Positions 20,955-29,482 of a stretch of 64,000 bases of DNA are shown piece after piece. Position 1 is the stretch's first letter. Every line of letters begins with the position of its first letter. The position numbers and the translations under genes were made by a program. The notes beneath the pieces are model-generated. The model was not told the origin of the DNA. It did not search any database and was given only the letters and a program-made list of their open reading frames with translations. The stretch lies in sequence record MN453779.2; one strand, given 5' to 3'.

Positions 20955-21595
20955 TTATGTTAAAGTTAAATGCTCATCCCACAAGACTATCCGTGACCCA
21001 CCTTGGGATCCTCAGATCCCTATGAATTACAGATAGTCTTGCAGGTCGTGCACTCACTGCACCACTTCCACCCGACGAAAGGTGGCATACAGTTTGCTCA
21101 GTTAGCTCTAGTCGTCTAGCAGAGAGGCCCTGCTCTAGGGCACTAACTTACGCGCTGCTTATAACGCATCAGATGGCCTAACCGGCAAACGATGCGGGAA
21201 CTCACTGTTAGGGCGTTCCTTAATTGAGCAAGTCAGGAATAGATGATCCCGAGTTACTCTAGACGTCTTTGTTTCATGTCGCAGTCTTACTTCGACTATA
21301 ACTTTCAGACTTATTTGTCGCTTAAACGACACTACGCTTCGTCTGAAAGGCAATACCTCTTTGTTTCACGTCCTGAGGTTTTCTATTTGGGACGATCCCG
21401 CCACGTAGGGATTTGGATGTCTCTTAGCTGTTTGAATGCACCGTTAGGATAAAGGAGATATGCTGACCGAGCATTATAACAACGGGAAACAATTAAGAGA
21501 CTACTAGGACGATCACTACTTTTGAATTACCAAACAGTGATCGAATAGGTGAACCATCAATCCCACATTCACCTAACCGGGATGGTTAAAGTAAA
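20955..21595 (-). ncRNA. Candidate large structured non-coding RNA (~630 nt)
   Basis: No credible ORF. More than 10 stems, several extended by G-U pairs only on the minus strand, a 5' H-type pseudoknot and a downstream terminator. Confidence 0.65.
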
Positions 21596-21624
21596 AAATT
21601 GATGATTCAAGAGGGGTGTTATCC

Positions 21625-21875
21625 ATGAGAGAAAATACTTTCTATTAAGCTTTGAGTTTCAACAAGATGTGATAGAGCATGAAGCAACAGAAGAGTTTAT
21701 TCAAACATGGATAACAATGTGGTCCGGCGACTGGAACTCGAATCCAGAAGACTTACGTCGCCACATTTTAAGTATGGTCCCTTTACCGATTTGGGCACCG
21801 CCGGAATATATAGATCGGATCTTTCTCTTTGTTGTCATGAACACCAATAGGTCTCATATTGTTTATTTACCTTAG
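21625..21875 (+). pseudogene. Small ORF with an apparent 1-nt frameshift after codon 3
   Basis: GAGGGG RBS and ATG at 21625 stop after 7 codons. One extra A in the A4 run at 21632-21635 would join it to the 21669-21875 frame. Confidence 0.4.
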
Positions 21876-21968
21876 TCACTTCAATTCGAGTCAAAGTGTA
21901 ATTTTTCGGATAAATGTTAGATTGACAAGTTTCTTGAGAAAGATCTAAATTGAGGAAACTTTGATTAC

Positions 21969-22229
21969 CTACAATTCGATATCAAAAGATATAGGATTTT
22001 CTTTGGTGAGCTTTGCAAGGAGTTCGGTGTATCCACCAATCAACTCCCCATCAAGAAAAATCTGGGGGACGGTAGAAATCTCCTTTCCGCACAACTTACT
22101 TAATCCGTCTTTACCGATACCGGTTGTAACGATATCGATGTATTCAAAATCAATTTCTTTTTGTTCTAAGAGATCCTTAGCCTTTACACAATAAGGGCAA
22201 TTTTCTCTGCCATAAACTTGTGCTTTCAT
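21969..22229 (-). CDS. Glutaredoxin
   Basis: CPYC active site plus TVPQIF and IGGY motifs. Confidence 0.92.
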   Translation of the reverse strand: MKAQVYGRENCPYCVKAKDLLEQKEIDFEYIDIVTTGIGKDGLSKLCGKEISTVPQIFLDGELIGGYTELLAKLTKENPISFDIEL

Positions 22230-22323
22230 TTACTACCTTAAATATGGTAATAACCAGCTAGATTAAATAAGTGAGATAATGGGTAAAATTTTCTATTATA
22301 CTTATTTAACCAAGAGATTTAAA

Positions 22324-22400
22324 TGGTGGGCCTGGTGCGATTTGAACGCACTACCTAAGCCTTATGAGGACTCAGCTCTGACCAAGTGAGCTACAGGCCC
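22324..22400 (-). tRNA. tRNA with CAT anticodon (Met or Ile2)
   Basis: Full cloverleaf: GGGCCTG/CAGGCCC acceptor stem, CT-CAT-AA loop, TTCAAAT T-loop, encoded CCA. Confidence 0.92.
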
Positions 22401-22420
22401 TTGATTTACAAAACTTTTAT

Positions 22421-22924
22421 CTATAGCTTGAGCGTGTATCCCATATTCCGACAAACTTTTCTGTACTCTTCAAGATTAAATACTCCATTACAATCCGTGT
22501 ATTTAATCAAAGTGTTCATAGGTAATCCGGTGATTTCACAAGCTATTCTACATGTGGGATAACGTTTACCGTTAACATTCCATCCGGTCTTTTTGCGTAG
22601 CTTTTTTAGAGCGGCGCGATGTTTTTCTTCTGAGTCCCACCAGTTATCTTTACTTGTCCCTTTCATAAGGTGTTCTGGATTACAACGCCTTCTATTATGA
22701 CATGTATGTCTAACCACTTCTTCTTTTGTTATTTCACCATTGAAGACTTTATATACAAACCTATGAACAGACTCATTCTTACCAAGAAACCCATTTGGAT
22801 GAAATTGACCATAACCACCGCTAAGAGATCTGGTCCATTCCCAACATTTGTTTTCTTGATTAATAAAAATATGTGGTTTGATTTTATCTTCAAAAATAGT
22901 AAACAGTTCTTGATTAATCGTCAT
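22421..22924 (-). CDS. HNH endonuclease inside the tRNA cluster
   Basis: CWEW...GYG...VHRF.Y...VVRHTCHNRRRCNPEHL motif. Start placed at ATG 22924 behind a GGTGA RBS. Confidence 0.88.
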   Translation of the reverse strand: MTINQELFTIFEDKIKPHIFINQENKCWEWTRSLSGGYGQFHPNGFLGKNESVHRFVYKVFNGEITKEEVVRHTCHNRRRCNPEHLMKGTSKDNWWDSEEKHRAALKKLRKKTGWNVNGKRYPTCRIACEITGLPMNTLIKYTDCNGVFNLEEYRKVCRNMGYTLKL

Positions 22925-22944
22925 TTTATCACCATTAATCAAAT

Positions 22945-22977
22945 AGGTCGGAGCTCTAACCGCTGAGCTAAAGACCC
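22945..22977 (-). pseudogene. 5' half of a tRNA ending at U33
   Basis: GGGTCTT-TA-GCTC-AGCGGTTA-GAGC-T-CCGAC-CT corresponds to positions 1-33 of a tRNA. No matching 3' half is found. Confidence 0.8.
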
Positions 22978-22984
22978 TGTAAAA

Positions 22985-23061
22985 TGGTGAGCTCGGTGCG
23001 ACTTGAACGCACGACAGGAAGCTTAGAAGGCTTCTATTCTATCCAACTGAATTACGAGCTC
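22985..23061 (-). tRNA. tRNA-Arg (TCT)
   Basis: GAGCTCG/CGAGCTC acceptor stem, GAAGC-CT-TCT-AA-GCTTC anticodon arm, encoded CCA. Confidence 0.93.
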
Positions 23062-23064
23062 TGA

Positions 23065-23300
23065 ATAGGTGGGTAGGAACAAATCCTACCCGACATGTAT
23101 TACTTCGTTCTATCCCCAAGGTGCGCAAATGTCCGACCCGGTTTAGGGTTGAAATTATCAAGTGGTAGATTCGGAAGTAATAATGTTCTTTGAAATAGGG
23201 CGAGATGTTAGACCGGACTTTATACCGGTATCTCCTGGTGGTAAGTTCACCAAGCAACTTATTTTCAGTCTACTAACATCTCTAAGTCGAGTAACTAGAT
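23065..23300 (-). ncRNA. Candidate structured RNA or leader upstream of the tRNA operon
   Basis: Stems at 23202-23211/23273-23282 (10 bp), 23099-23106/23174-23181 and 23071-23078/23084-23091. TATATTAT promoter-like motif on the minus strand at 23329-23336. Confidence 0.45.
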
Positions 23301-23360
23301 TAACTATTTACTTCTACTATACTTCAACATAATATAAACATTATGCTTATTAAATAAAAA

Positions 23361-23391
23361 TACTCCTAGTTAGTTGGAGTAACTAGGAGTA
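23361..23391 (-). terminator. Terminator hairpin
   Basis: TACTCCTAGTTA/TAACTAGGAGTA with a T tract on the minus strand. Confidence 0.7.
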
Positions 23392-24067
23392 AAACAAAAA
23401 CGCATGGAAGCATTTTTGAACGGCTCGTTACTTTTTAATTAACTCTTTATAAAAACTAATTAAAAAGTAAGTGTTGATTTAACACCTACAAAAATAAACC
23501 CTACAGGAAAAAGAACAAAACAATGAAAAGAAAACCAACGCACGAAGAACCCCGAGTTCTTCCTTAAGAACACTTTGTTAAATATCCTTAAGGAAGAGAA
23601 GATGTAGGGATCATCTTCTCTGGAATAACAAGCACCTAAACGTACATGAAAGCAAGGGAATACTTTCCTAATAGTAACTCTTTTAGAATTAACATTAGGA
23701 AAGCCACAGATATCTAGGAGGAGGAAAATATCTGTGACTTTTTATTACGGAGGCTTTTCAAATGCAAGAAGCTAACTGTTAGCGGCAGTCTGACTTCTTT
23801 AAGTTCACTTAATAAAAATAAACTTAAAGAAATAAGGTAACAAATAATATTAGATGCTACCTTAAACCAAAGCGGTATAAAAACAATCAAGGATCCGATC
23901 ATGAAAAACACTACTGGTAACTACCGAACGTTTTTCTTTCACATATAATAAATAACTTGTTGTAAATAAATAAAAATATTTAAGTCCCATAATTTTTCAG
24001 ATAGATATTATTTTAATGATAAACTAGTGAGGTTTAATTTTAACCTTAAGTGTAGAGAGGGTAGTTT

Positions 24068-24481
24068 ATGAGACTATTTGGTTGTGAAGAAAAGGTAAGT
24101 GGAAGAGATCGACAAGTTTTCGTGTTTAAGGATTTTGTTATTAAACTTCCTAGAACTGAAAGCTGGTTGTCATTTGTGAGAGGACTATGTTCCAACCTTA
24201 AGGAAATTGAAACTGTTACCAATTACGATGGGTTGTTTCCAGATCAGATCATGGAGATAAAGTGGTCGGGATTTTTCGGGATCGTACTTGTAGTTAAACG
24301 CTACCAGGAAGTTAGGGATGTGTCTGAACATAGATGCAGGTTCTTTAACAGACTGGAACGAATTTACGGTGCTGATACATCTGATTGGAAATTCATCTGG
24401 GATGAAGATAACAAAGTCTTTAATTACGGCTGGGACAAATACGGACGGCTCGTAAAATTAGATATTGGGGTTTATTACTGA
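24068..24481 (+). CDS. Minimal protein-kinase-like protein (type A)
   Basis: G.DR.V...FVIKLP, NLKE, D.K..N.G and KLDIG motifs in 137 aa. Confidence 0.65.
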   Translation: MRLFGCEEKVSGRDRQVFVFKDFVIKLPRTESWLSFVRGLCSNLKEIETVTNYDGLFPDQIMEIKWSGFFGIVLVVKRYQEVRDVSEHRCRFFNRLERIYGADTSDWKFIWDEDNKVFNYGWDKYGRLVKLDIGVYY

Positions 24482-24882
24482 TGAAGCTCTTTACACTCCC
24501 AATAAATCCTGGGACTACAAGAAATATTTTAATCTTTAAACATTTTGTAATAAAACTTCCAAGAACGTGTAGTTGGGATCTTTGGAAACCCAATCTTAGT
24601 GATTTTAAAGCTAGTCTTGCAGTAAATAGATTGGAGCGCAAGAACATCAAACAAAATCAGGATGTTCCCGGAATCCCTAAGTTATATTTTTCAGACCCCT
24701 TTGGTTTTATCATCATTATGAAACGTTATCGAAAGTTTGACTCGGTAGCTCAGTACGTAAAACTTTATGATGAACTCATTAAAACATCGAGGTTGGAAAA
24801 AGAGTTCTGGGAAGATGATGCCTGTATCAGTAATTTTGGTTTAGACGAAAACAATCAAATTGTAAAAATTGACTTAGGTTAG
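24481..24882 (+). CDS. Minimal protein-kinase-like protein (type B)
   Basis: GTTR.I...FVIKLP, NRLE, DDACISNFG and terminal KIDLG motifs. TGATG coupling to the upstream gene. Confidence 0.65.
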   Translation: MKLFTLPINPGTTRNILIFKHFVIKLPRTCSWDLWKPNLSDFKASLAVNRLERKNIKQNQDVPGIPKLYFSDPFGFIIIMKRYRKFDSVAQYVKLYDELIKTSRLEKEFWEDDACISNFGLDENNQIVKIDLG

Positions 24883-24891
24883 GAGTGGTAT

Positions 24892-25506
24892 ATGAACTTT
24901 GATCAAATTAAGAAACGTGTTCAGCTTAATTTGCGTAATGCGTTTTCTGTAACTCATGTTAAACAGGAGTTGGTTAATCAAAAACTCATTAAAGACATGA
25001 GAGTACTGTGTGAATTTCGGGTCGAGTGCATTAGTTTTGTACTTAACAACGAGGAGAAACACTTTATCTTTTATATCGATAAACTCGATGGTCTTTATTT
25101 CACTAGGAGTAAAGAAGGGATGTTGGACGAACTTACTTCTAGAATACGTTATTACGATTTTACCTTTGAACTCACCGATGATCCTGAGTACCGTAATGAC
25201 ATCACCGGTAAACTTCTGGAAAGTATTATCGGTCGTGAAGCTCGTCAGCAGATGCACAACACTTTCAACTTCTGGAAGGAAGAAGCACAAGCCCGAGGCA
25301 ATAACTTCTTTTACACACTAGGTTACAAAGTAACTGGGTACAATAAACGCACCATGTCGTTTACAGCTGACTTTGAACTTAACGTTCGAAAAGAGGATGA
25401 AGACGAATTTATCAGTTATCGTGGTCAGTTTGTCGATGGTTCTGCTGTTAACATTAAAACAGACTGGAATGGTGTTTATGTGACACTTTCCGATATCTTC
25501 TATTAA
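24892..25506 (+). CDS. Hypothetical protein
   Basis: 204 aa, AGGAG RBS. Confidence 0.7.
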   Translation: MNFDQIKKRVQLNLRNAFSVTHVKQELVNQKLIKDMRVLCEFRVECISFVLNNEEKHFIFYIDKLDGLYFTRSKEGMLDELTSRIRYYDFTFELTDDPEYRNDITGKLLESIIGREARQQMHNTFNFWKEEAQARGNNFFYTLGYKVTGYNKRTMSFTADFELNVRKEDEDEFISYRGQFVDGSAVNIKTDWNGVYVTLSDIFY

Positions 25507-25575
25507 TTATGTGATAGACATCCAGGGAGGTAACTCCCTGTTATTTTTACACGTTAATAGTCGGGGATTGGTCTA

Positions 25576-26259
25576 ATGGGAACGATAGGTTTGAAAATTA
25601 AAATGTTGTTTGTTTATGTTATTTTGAAGATTATGTCCAAAAACATAGAAGTAATCAACGAGAAAGTTAAAGAGTTGGTTATCTGGGCTAATGGTAAAAA
25701 TAACGACAATGTTCTTTTGGGCGGGATTGGAAGTGTGGAAGTTCGCTTGGTGAAAGAGGGTAGAGGATGGTGGATTCATATTAAAGGTCTAGGTGTACCT
25801 TTGATCAAGGATCGACTCACCAACGGTTTCTATGCTTTCAATAAGAAGACCGTGGGACGTCTGGAGGCTCTTTTCATTACCTGGGCTGGGGTAGACTTCA
25901 AACACGACATCGATCACATCTGTGACTATATCAAGGGATTTGACTACATGTGTCAAGTTCCTGAGTTTGGCATCTTTGATCGTATTCGTGAAACCAAGAA
26001 AGAAGTTCACTTTACCCCTCACGAAGACTTTGGCAATTACATTGATGTGAGAGGTAATGTTGCTCGTAAGGTCTATGGACAATATTCCCTGGAATTGTGT
26101 TTTAAGATCAATTCAAAGTTTTGCCGAGGGTTTGTGGGTGAGTTAGTTATTGATGAAATCAAACCTATCGATATTACTACCGTATTCACTCAGAAGGAAT
26201 TTAACAAGTCCCTGGGTTGGTTGGTATCGGATTACGTTCAAAACGTCGTAAAGTGTTAA
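25576..26259 (+). CDS. Hypothetical protein
   Basis: 227-aa ORF co-oriented with the early block. Start uncertain. Confidence 0.65.
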   Translation: MGTIGLKIKMLFVYVILKIMSKNIEVINEKVKELVIWANGKNNDNVLLGGIGSVEVRLVKEGRGWWIHIKGLGVPLIKDRLTNGFYAFNKKTVGRLEALFITWAGVDFKHDIDHICDYIKGFDYMCQVPEFGIFDRIRETKKEVHFTPHEDFGNYIDVRGNVARKVYGQYSLELCFKINSKFCRGFVGELVIDEIKPIDITTVFTQKEFNKSLGWLVSDYVQNVVKC

Positions 26260-26327
26260 ATAGACATGCTGAGAAGGAGAGATCCTTCTCAGTGTTATTA
26301 TTTTTGCTGTCCAATGGAGTGTAGGAA

Positions 26328-26990
26328 ATGAAAACAGTATTTGATCGCGCTGATAAAGCAGTATTGAATATGGCACGGATCGTCAACCTCTTTGCTTGTG
26401 ATAAAGAGATTCTGGAAGCCATAGAAATTGAGTTGATAGGTTCTCGTGGTAAGAAAATCAATATTCTTACCTGCGGTAATGTAAAACTGCAAGCAGTGAT
26501 AGAAGACATGAATGTTTATCTGGGTTTTGGAGATGTTAGGTTCAAAGAAGAGTGTCTCCCTACCCTTCCTGGATGTTCTTTTAAAATCAACTTGTTGGTC
26601 AAGAACCACGACGAGATTTCTAATGATCTTCGTAAACGGTTTATCATTACCTATGAAAGTCGTTACAGAACCGCACTGCAACGCTTTATGAACAATTTGA
26701 AAGCTGGTTCCATGCAAAGGTCAGGATTCTGGTCAAAGCTGTTTAAACGGGGTCGGGTAAGCTTTAAGTCTGCTAACCCGGTTATCAATGAAATGTTCAC
26801 TTTGAAAGAAGTGGTCCCGTTTAACGGATACGATTTAACATTGAAGTTTGATATCCTGGGCGAGATTAAGGGAATAGGAACTTACTACAACAATTACAAC
26901 CCTGATATTTACATGTCAGTTTCTAAAGATACTCCTGAGAAACTCACTGATGGTGTTATCGGTAACATCATGAGCAAATACATCCTGTAA
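26328..26990 (+). CDS. Hypothetical protein
   Basis: 220 aa, AGGA RBS. Confidence 0.7.
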   Translation: MKTVFDRADKAVLNMARIVNLFACDKEILEAIEIELIGSRGKKINILTCGNVKLQAVIEDMNVYLGFGDVRFKEECLPTLPGCSFKINLLVKNHDEISNDLRKRFIITYESRYRTALQRFMNNLKAGSMQRSGFWSKLFKRGRVSFKSANPVINEMFTLKEVVPFNGYDLTLKFDILGEIKGIGTYYNNYNPDIYMSVSKDTPEKLTDGVIGNIMSKYIL

Positions 26991-27009
26991 TCTAGGAAGG
27001 AAAATAACT

Positions 27010-27768
27010 ATGAAAACTTTTAATCCATGTGAGAGAATGTCCTCACTCCATTCCGCCATGGATGTCAACTATGCACTTATTCAAGATTTCCGTGAACTGG
27101 GGTATTCTCAGTTCTTTCTTCCACTGTTGGAGTATAACAACTATGCTCGTAAACATCTGAAAGAAACTATTGCTAGTTTAAATGTTAGAGGAGAGTTTGA
27201 ACTTAAAATTGGAGTAGTCTGTAAGAACCAGATTAGTTTGGTTCGTAATAAACAACACAAATACTCTCTTCATGTTTCTGATGTTTACACTCAGGATAAA
27301 GAGATTATTTCTTTGTCTGGTATTCGTGATCTGTTTAACGAAGCTCAGGTCAGTATGATCATGACTAGACTGAATGCTTGTAAGTATCCGGAAGATCTCT
27401 ATTACAAACACTTTGAGATTATTCGTTCTAACATTGCTAAGTCTTTGACAGTGGGAAAGGTTAGCTTTGTTGATAAGCTTCTCAAACGTCCTAAGGAGAT
27501 TTCCTTTGACACCGGCGGATACACAGAAGGAAAATGGGTAGAAGCTCCGTATACAGCTTACTATGGGCTTTGGGGAAATGTTGAGGTTGAAGGACGGTGT
27601 AACTATTACGTTGGTATGATTAATCTTAGTTTGTTCCCTGAGATCCATACACCGGTTCACATCAAGCATTTTAAAGTTCTGTTCAATAAAGATCTTAAAA
27701 GTCTAGGGACTTACTTGGCTAAAGATATTGCGAGTCAGGTGTGTCAAGCGCTAGGTCCTAAATTCTAG
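27010..27768 (+). CDS. Hypothetical protein
   Basis: 252 aa, AGGAAGGA RBS. Confidence 0.7.
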   Translation: MKTFNPCERMSSLHSAMDVNYALIQDFRELGYSQFFLPLLEYNNYARKHLKETIASLNVRGEFELKIGVVCKNQISLVRNKQHKYSLHVSDVYTQDKEIISLSGIRDLFNEAQVSMIMTRLNACKYPEDLYYKHFEIIRSNIAKSLTVGKVSFVDKLLKRPKEISFDTGGYTEGKWVEAPYTAYYGLWGNVEVEGRCNYYVGMINLSLFPEIHTPVHIKHFKVLFNKDLKSLGTYLAKDIASQVCQALGPKF

Positions 27769-27829
27769 ATGTTTCATTTATTACAGGGTTGATTTTTAAT
27801 TAAACTAAATTTAGATAAGGAAAAATACC

Positions 27830-28459
27830 ATGTTTAAAAATGTTAATGAAATTGTTCAATATAAAGAACAGATTAAACAAGTCATTCACGACATAACCTC
27901 ACCGAAAGCTGAAAGTAAAGAGGTCGATATAAATATTAAAGAGATACAAGAAGTATTAAGAATTTCTTTTATCGACCTTAGAGGAGATCATAAGGTAGTG
28001 AAATTTGATTTGATTAAAAATATTTTTGATTCTGGGGAACAACAACTGGCGTCTATTAAAAACATTAGCACATTTACTGAATTAGATTTCTTTGCTAATG
28101 GTGAGGTGATGAAAGAAAGCGTTGACGCTTGTTACGAACTATTCTTTATTACATTTGTTACTCGTTTAGTGAGCAACTCGGTTTATGTTGTACATGACGT
28201 TTTCAAAGGAAATTTACTTCTTGATTTCTTAAAATCAGGACAGCTTAAAGGGTTAGATATAAAGAACACGACTAGAACAGTAAAGTACACAGTCTTTGAT
28301 AAACATGAAAATGTCGTTTGGGAAACTTCAATGAGTAATAGAACAGGATGTAAGCATTTCAACTTGGACAGTGGCTATTTTAATGGTGTTTTGATTTCTG
28401 CAATGACAATGGCTTTGATTTACAATGAAGATAACTGGGATGTAAACATTTCAAGTTAA
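27830..28459 (+). CDS. Hypothetical protein
   Basis: 209 aa, AAGGA RBS. Confidence 0.7.
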   Translation: MFKNVNEIVQYKEQIKQVIHDITSPKAESKEVDINIKEIQEVLRISFIDLRGDHKVVKFDLIKNIFDSGEQQLASIKNISTFTELDFFANGEVMKESVDACYELFFITFVTRLVSNSVYVVHDVFKGNLLLDFLKSGQLKGLDIKNTTRTVKYTVFDKHENVVWETSMSNRTGCKHFNLDSGYFNGVLISAMTMALIYNEDNWDVNISS

Positions 28460-28663
28460 TTGGGGATCTGAATTGGTTAATAAATAGGAATTGGTATTTT
28501 CAGTAATGGGTAAGGCGATTTATTTGTCTTACCCATTTATTTTAACATTACATTTTTATGTAAAAAGTATATTATATGTAATTGGTTTACTTTTCTTGAT
28601 TTTTGAACGTCATTTAACTTGGTTTCTTCACTCCTTTTTAAATCGGATTTATTTTCGATTTAA

Positions 28664-28719
28664 GGGGGGTTTGGGGGGTCCAGGTCAAAGTGGGGTCCAA
28701 AGGTCAAGTGCGGGTCCAA
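28664..28719. repeat. G-rich imperfect tandem repeat (GGGTCCA..GGTCAA.GT units)
   Basis: Units at 28675-28691, 28692-28709 and 28710-28719. G6, G6, G4 and G3 runs inside an AT-rich intergenic gap. Confidence 0.7.
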
Positions 28720-28955
28720 TTACCTAGTTCGGGTGAGTGGGCGGCTGGAAGCCTATTATACTTAATTAGTAAAATGAGTATGATGGTAAGATAAGAATGA
28801 ACGTAGTGAATGCCTTATCCATCAATACGAATGAACTGTAACTAGGTAAGAAGAAAAGTAATACATTTTAAAGATACTACAAACAACTTACTCTGGGTGA
28901 ATAACCTGGGGTAAGGGAATATGTTTGTTCATTTAAATAAACTATTAAAGAGGAT

Positions 28956-29300
28956 ATGAGAGTGAATATTGAAAAAGAAGTTGAACTGTTAATAAAGACT
29001 TTTAAAAATATATATTTTAATATTGATAAAGAATCATTAGTAATTTCCATAAAACCTATCAACATTAAACAACTTGGGCATATCTCAGTTAGTAAAGAAA
29101 ATGAACAACAACTTGTAGAACTATTAGATAATCAAGTTAATTTAAGATGGGGTTATGGTTTCTGCCAAGAGTCTCCCATTATTGAGATTTATTTAGGTGA
29201 TGGGAAAAGGGGTTGTTGTTTTGATAGTATACAGACATTATCTCCAACCACTGAAGGGCTAGTAGAACTAATAGTGGAGTTATTTGAAGATCTAACTTAG
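28956..29300 (+). CDS. Hypothetical protein
   Basis: 114 aa, GAGGA RBS. Confidence 0.6.
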   Translation: MRVNIEKEVELLIKTFKNIYFNIDKESLVISIKPINIKQLGHISVSKENEQQLVELLDNQVNLRWGYGFCQESPIIEIYLGDGKRGCCFDSIQTLSPTTEGLVELIVELFEDLT

Positions 29301-29482
29301 AGAACAGTTTATGCTAAGTTCATCAGGATTGATAATACTTACTAGTTTATTGATAAAGGCTGTAACTAGTAAACTAGAGTTTACACCTGGAACGTTACAA
29401 GATTCAGATTTCTACGCTTTAATTAAATCAATTGGTGAAAATCTAGTTTATTAAACTTTTACATTAAATCTAGGAGAAGAAA

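Noticed and set aside
21159-21452. Short ORFs 21159-21353 and 21243-21452
   Set aside because: No RBS, atypical composition, and they overlap the densely paired region.
20955-21595. tmRNA, RNase P RNA or a true group I intron as the identity of the structured region
   Set aside because: No tRNA-like ends, T-loop or CCA, and no RNase P GAGGAAAGUCC motif. J8/7 and P3 do not fit a group I core cleanly, and there is no interrupted gene.
22401-22977. Half-tRNA plus HNH as an intron-split tRNA
   Set aside because: No complementary 3' half (GTCGG...AAGACCC) and no group I core motifs follow the HNH. The next element is an independent full tRNA.
23039-23257. 72-aa minus-strand ORF
   Set aside because: Runs into tRNA-Arg, starts at a weak codon without an RBS, and is better explained as structured RNA.
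28664-28719. CRISPR array
   Set aside because: Only three short imperfect units with no spacers. No CRISPR array or cas gene was seen anywhere in the window.
28491-28727. 78-aa ORF across the T-rich and G-rich gap
   Set aside because: Low-complexity translation of the repeat island with no convincing RBS.
29311-29454. 47-codon ORF (MLSSSGLIIL...)
   Set aside because: Weak RBS and no supporting features. It could be real but cannot be supported from sequence alone.
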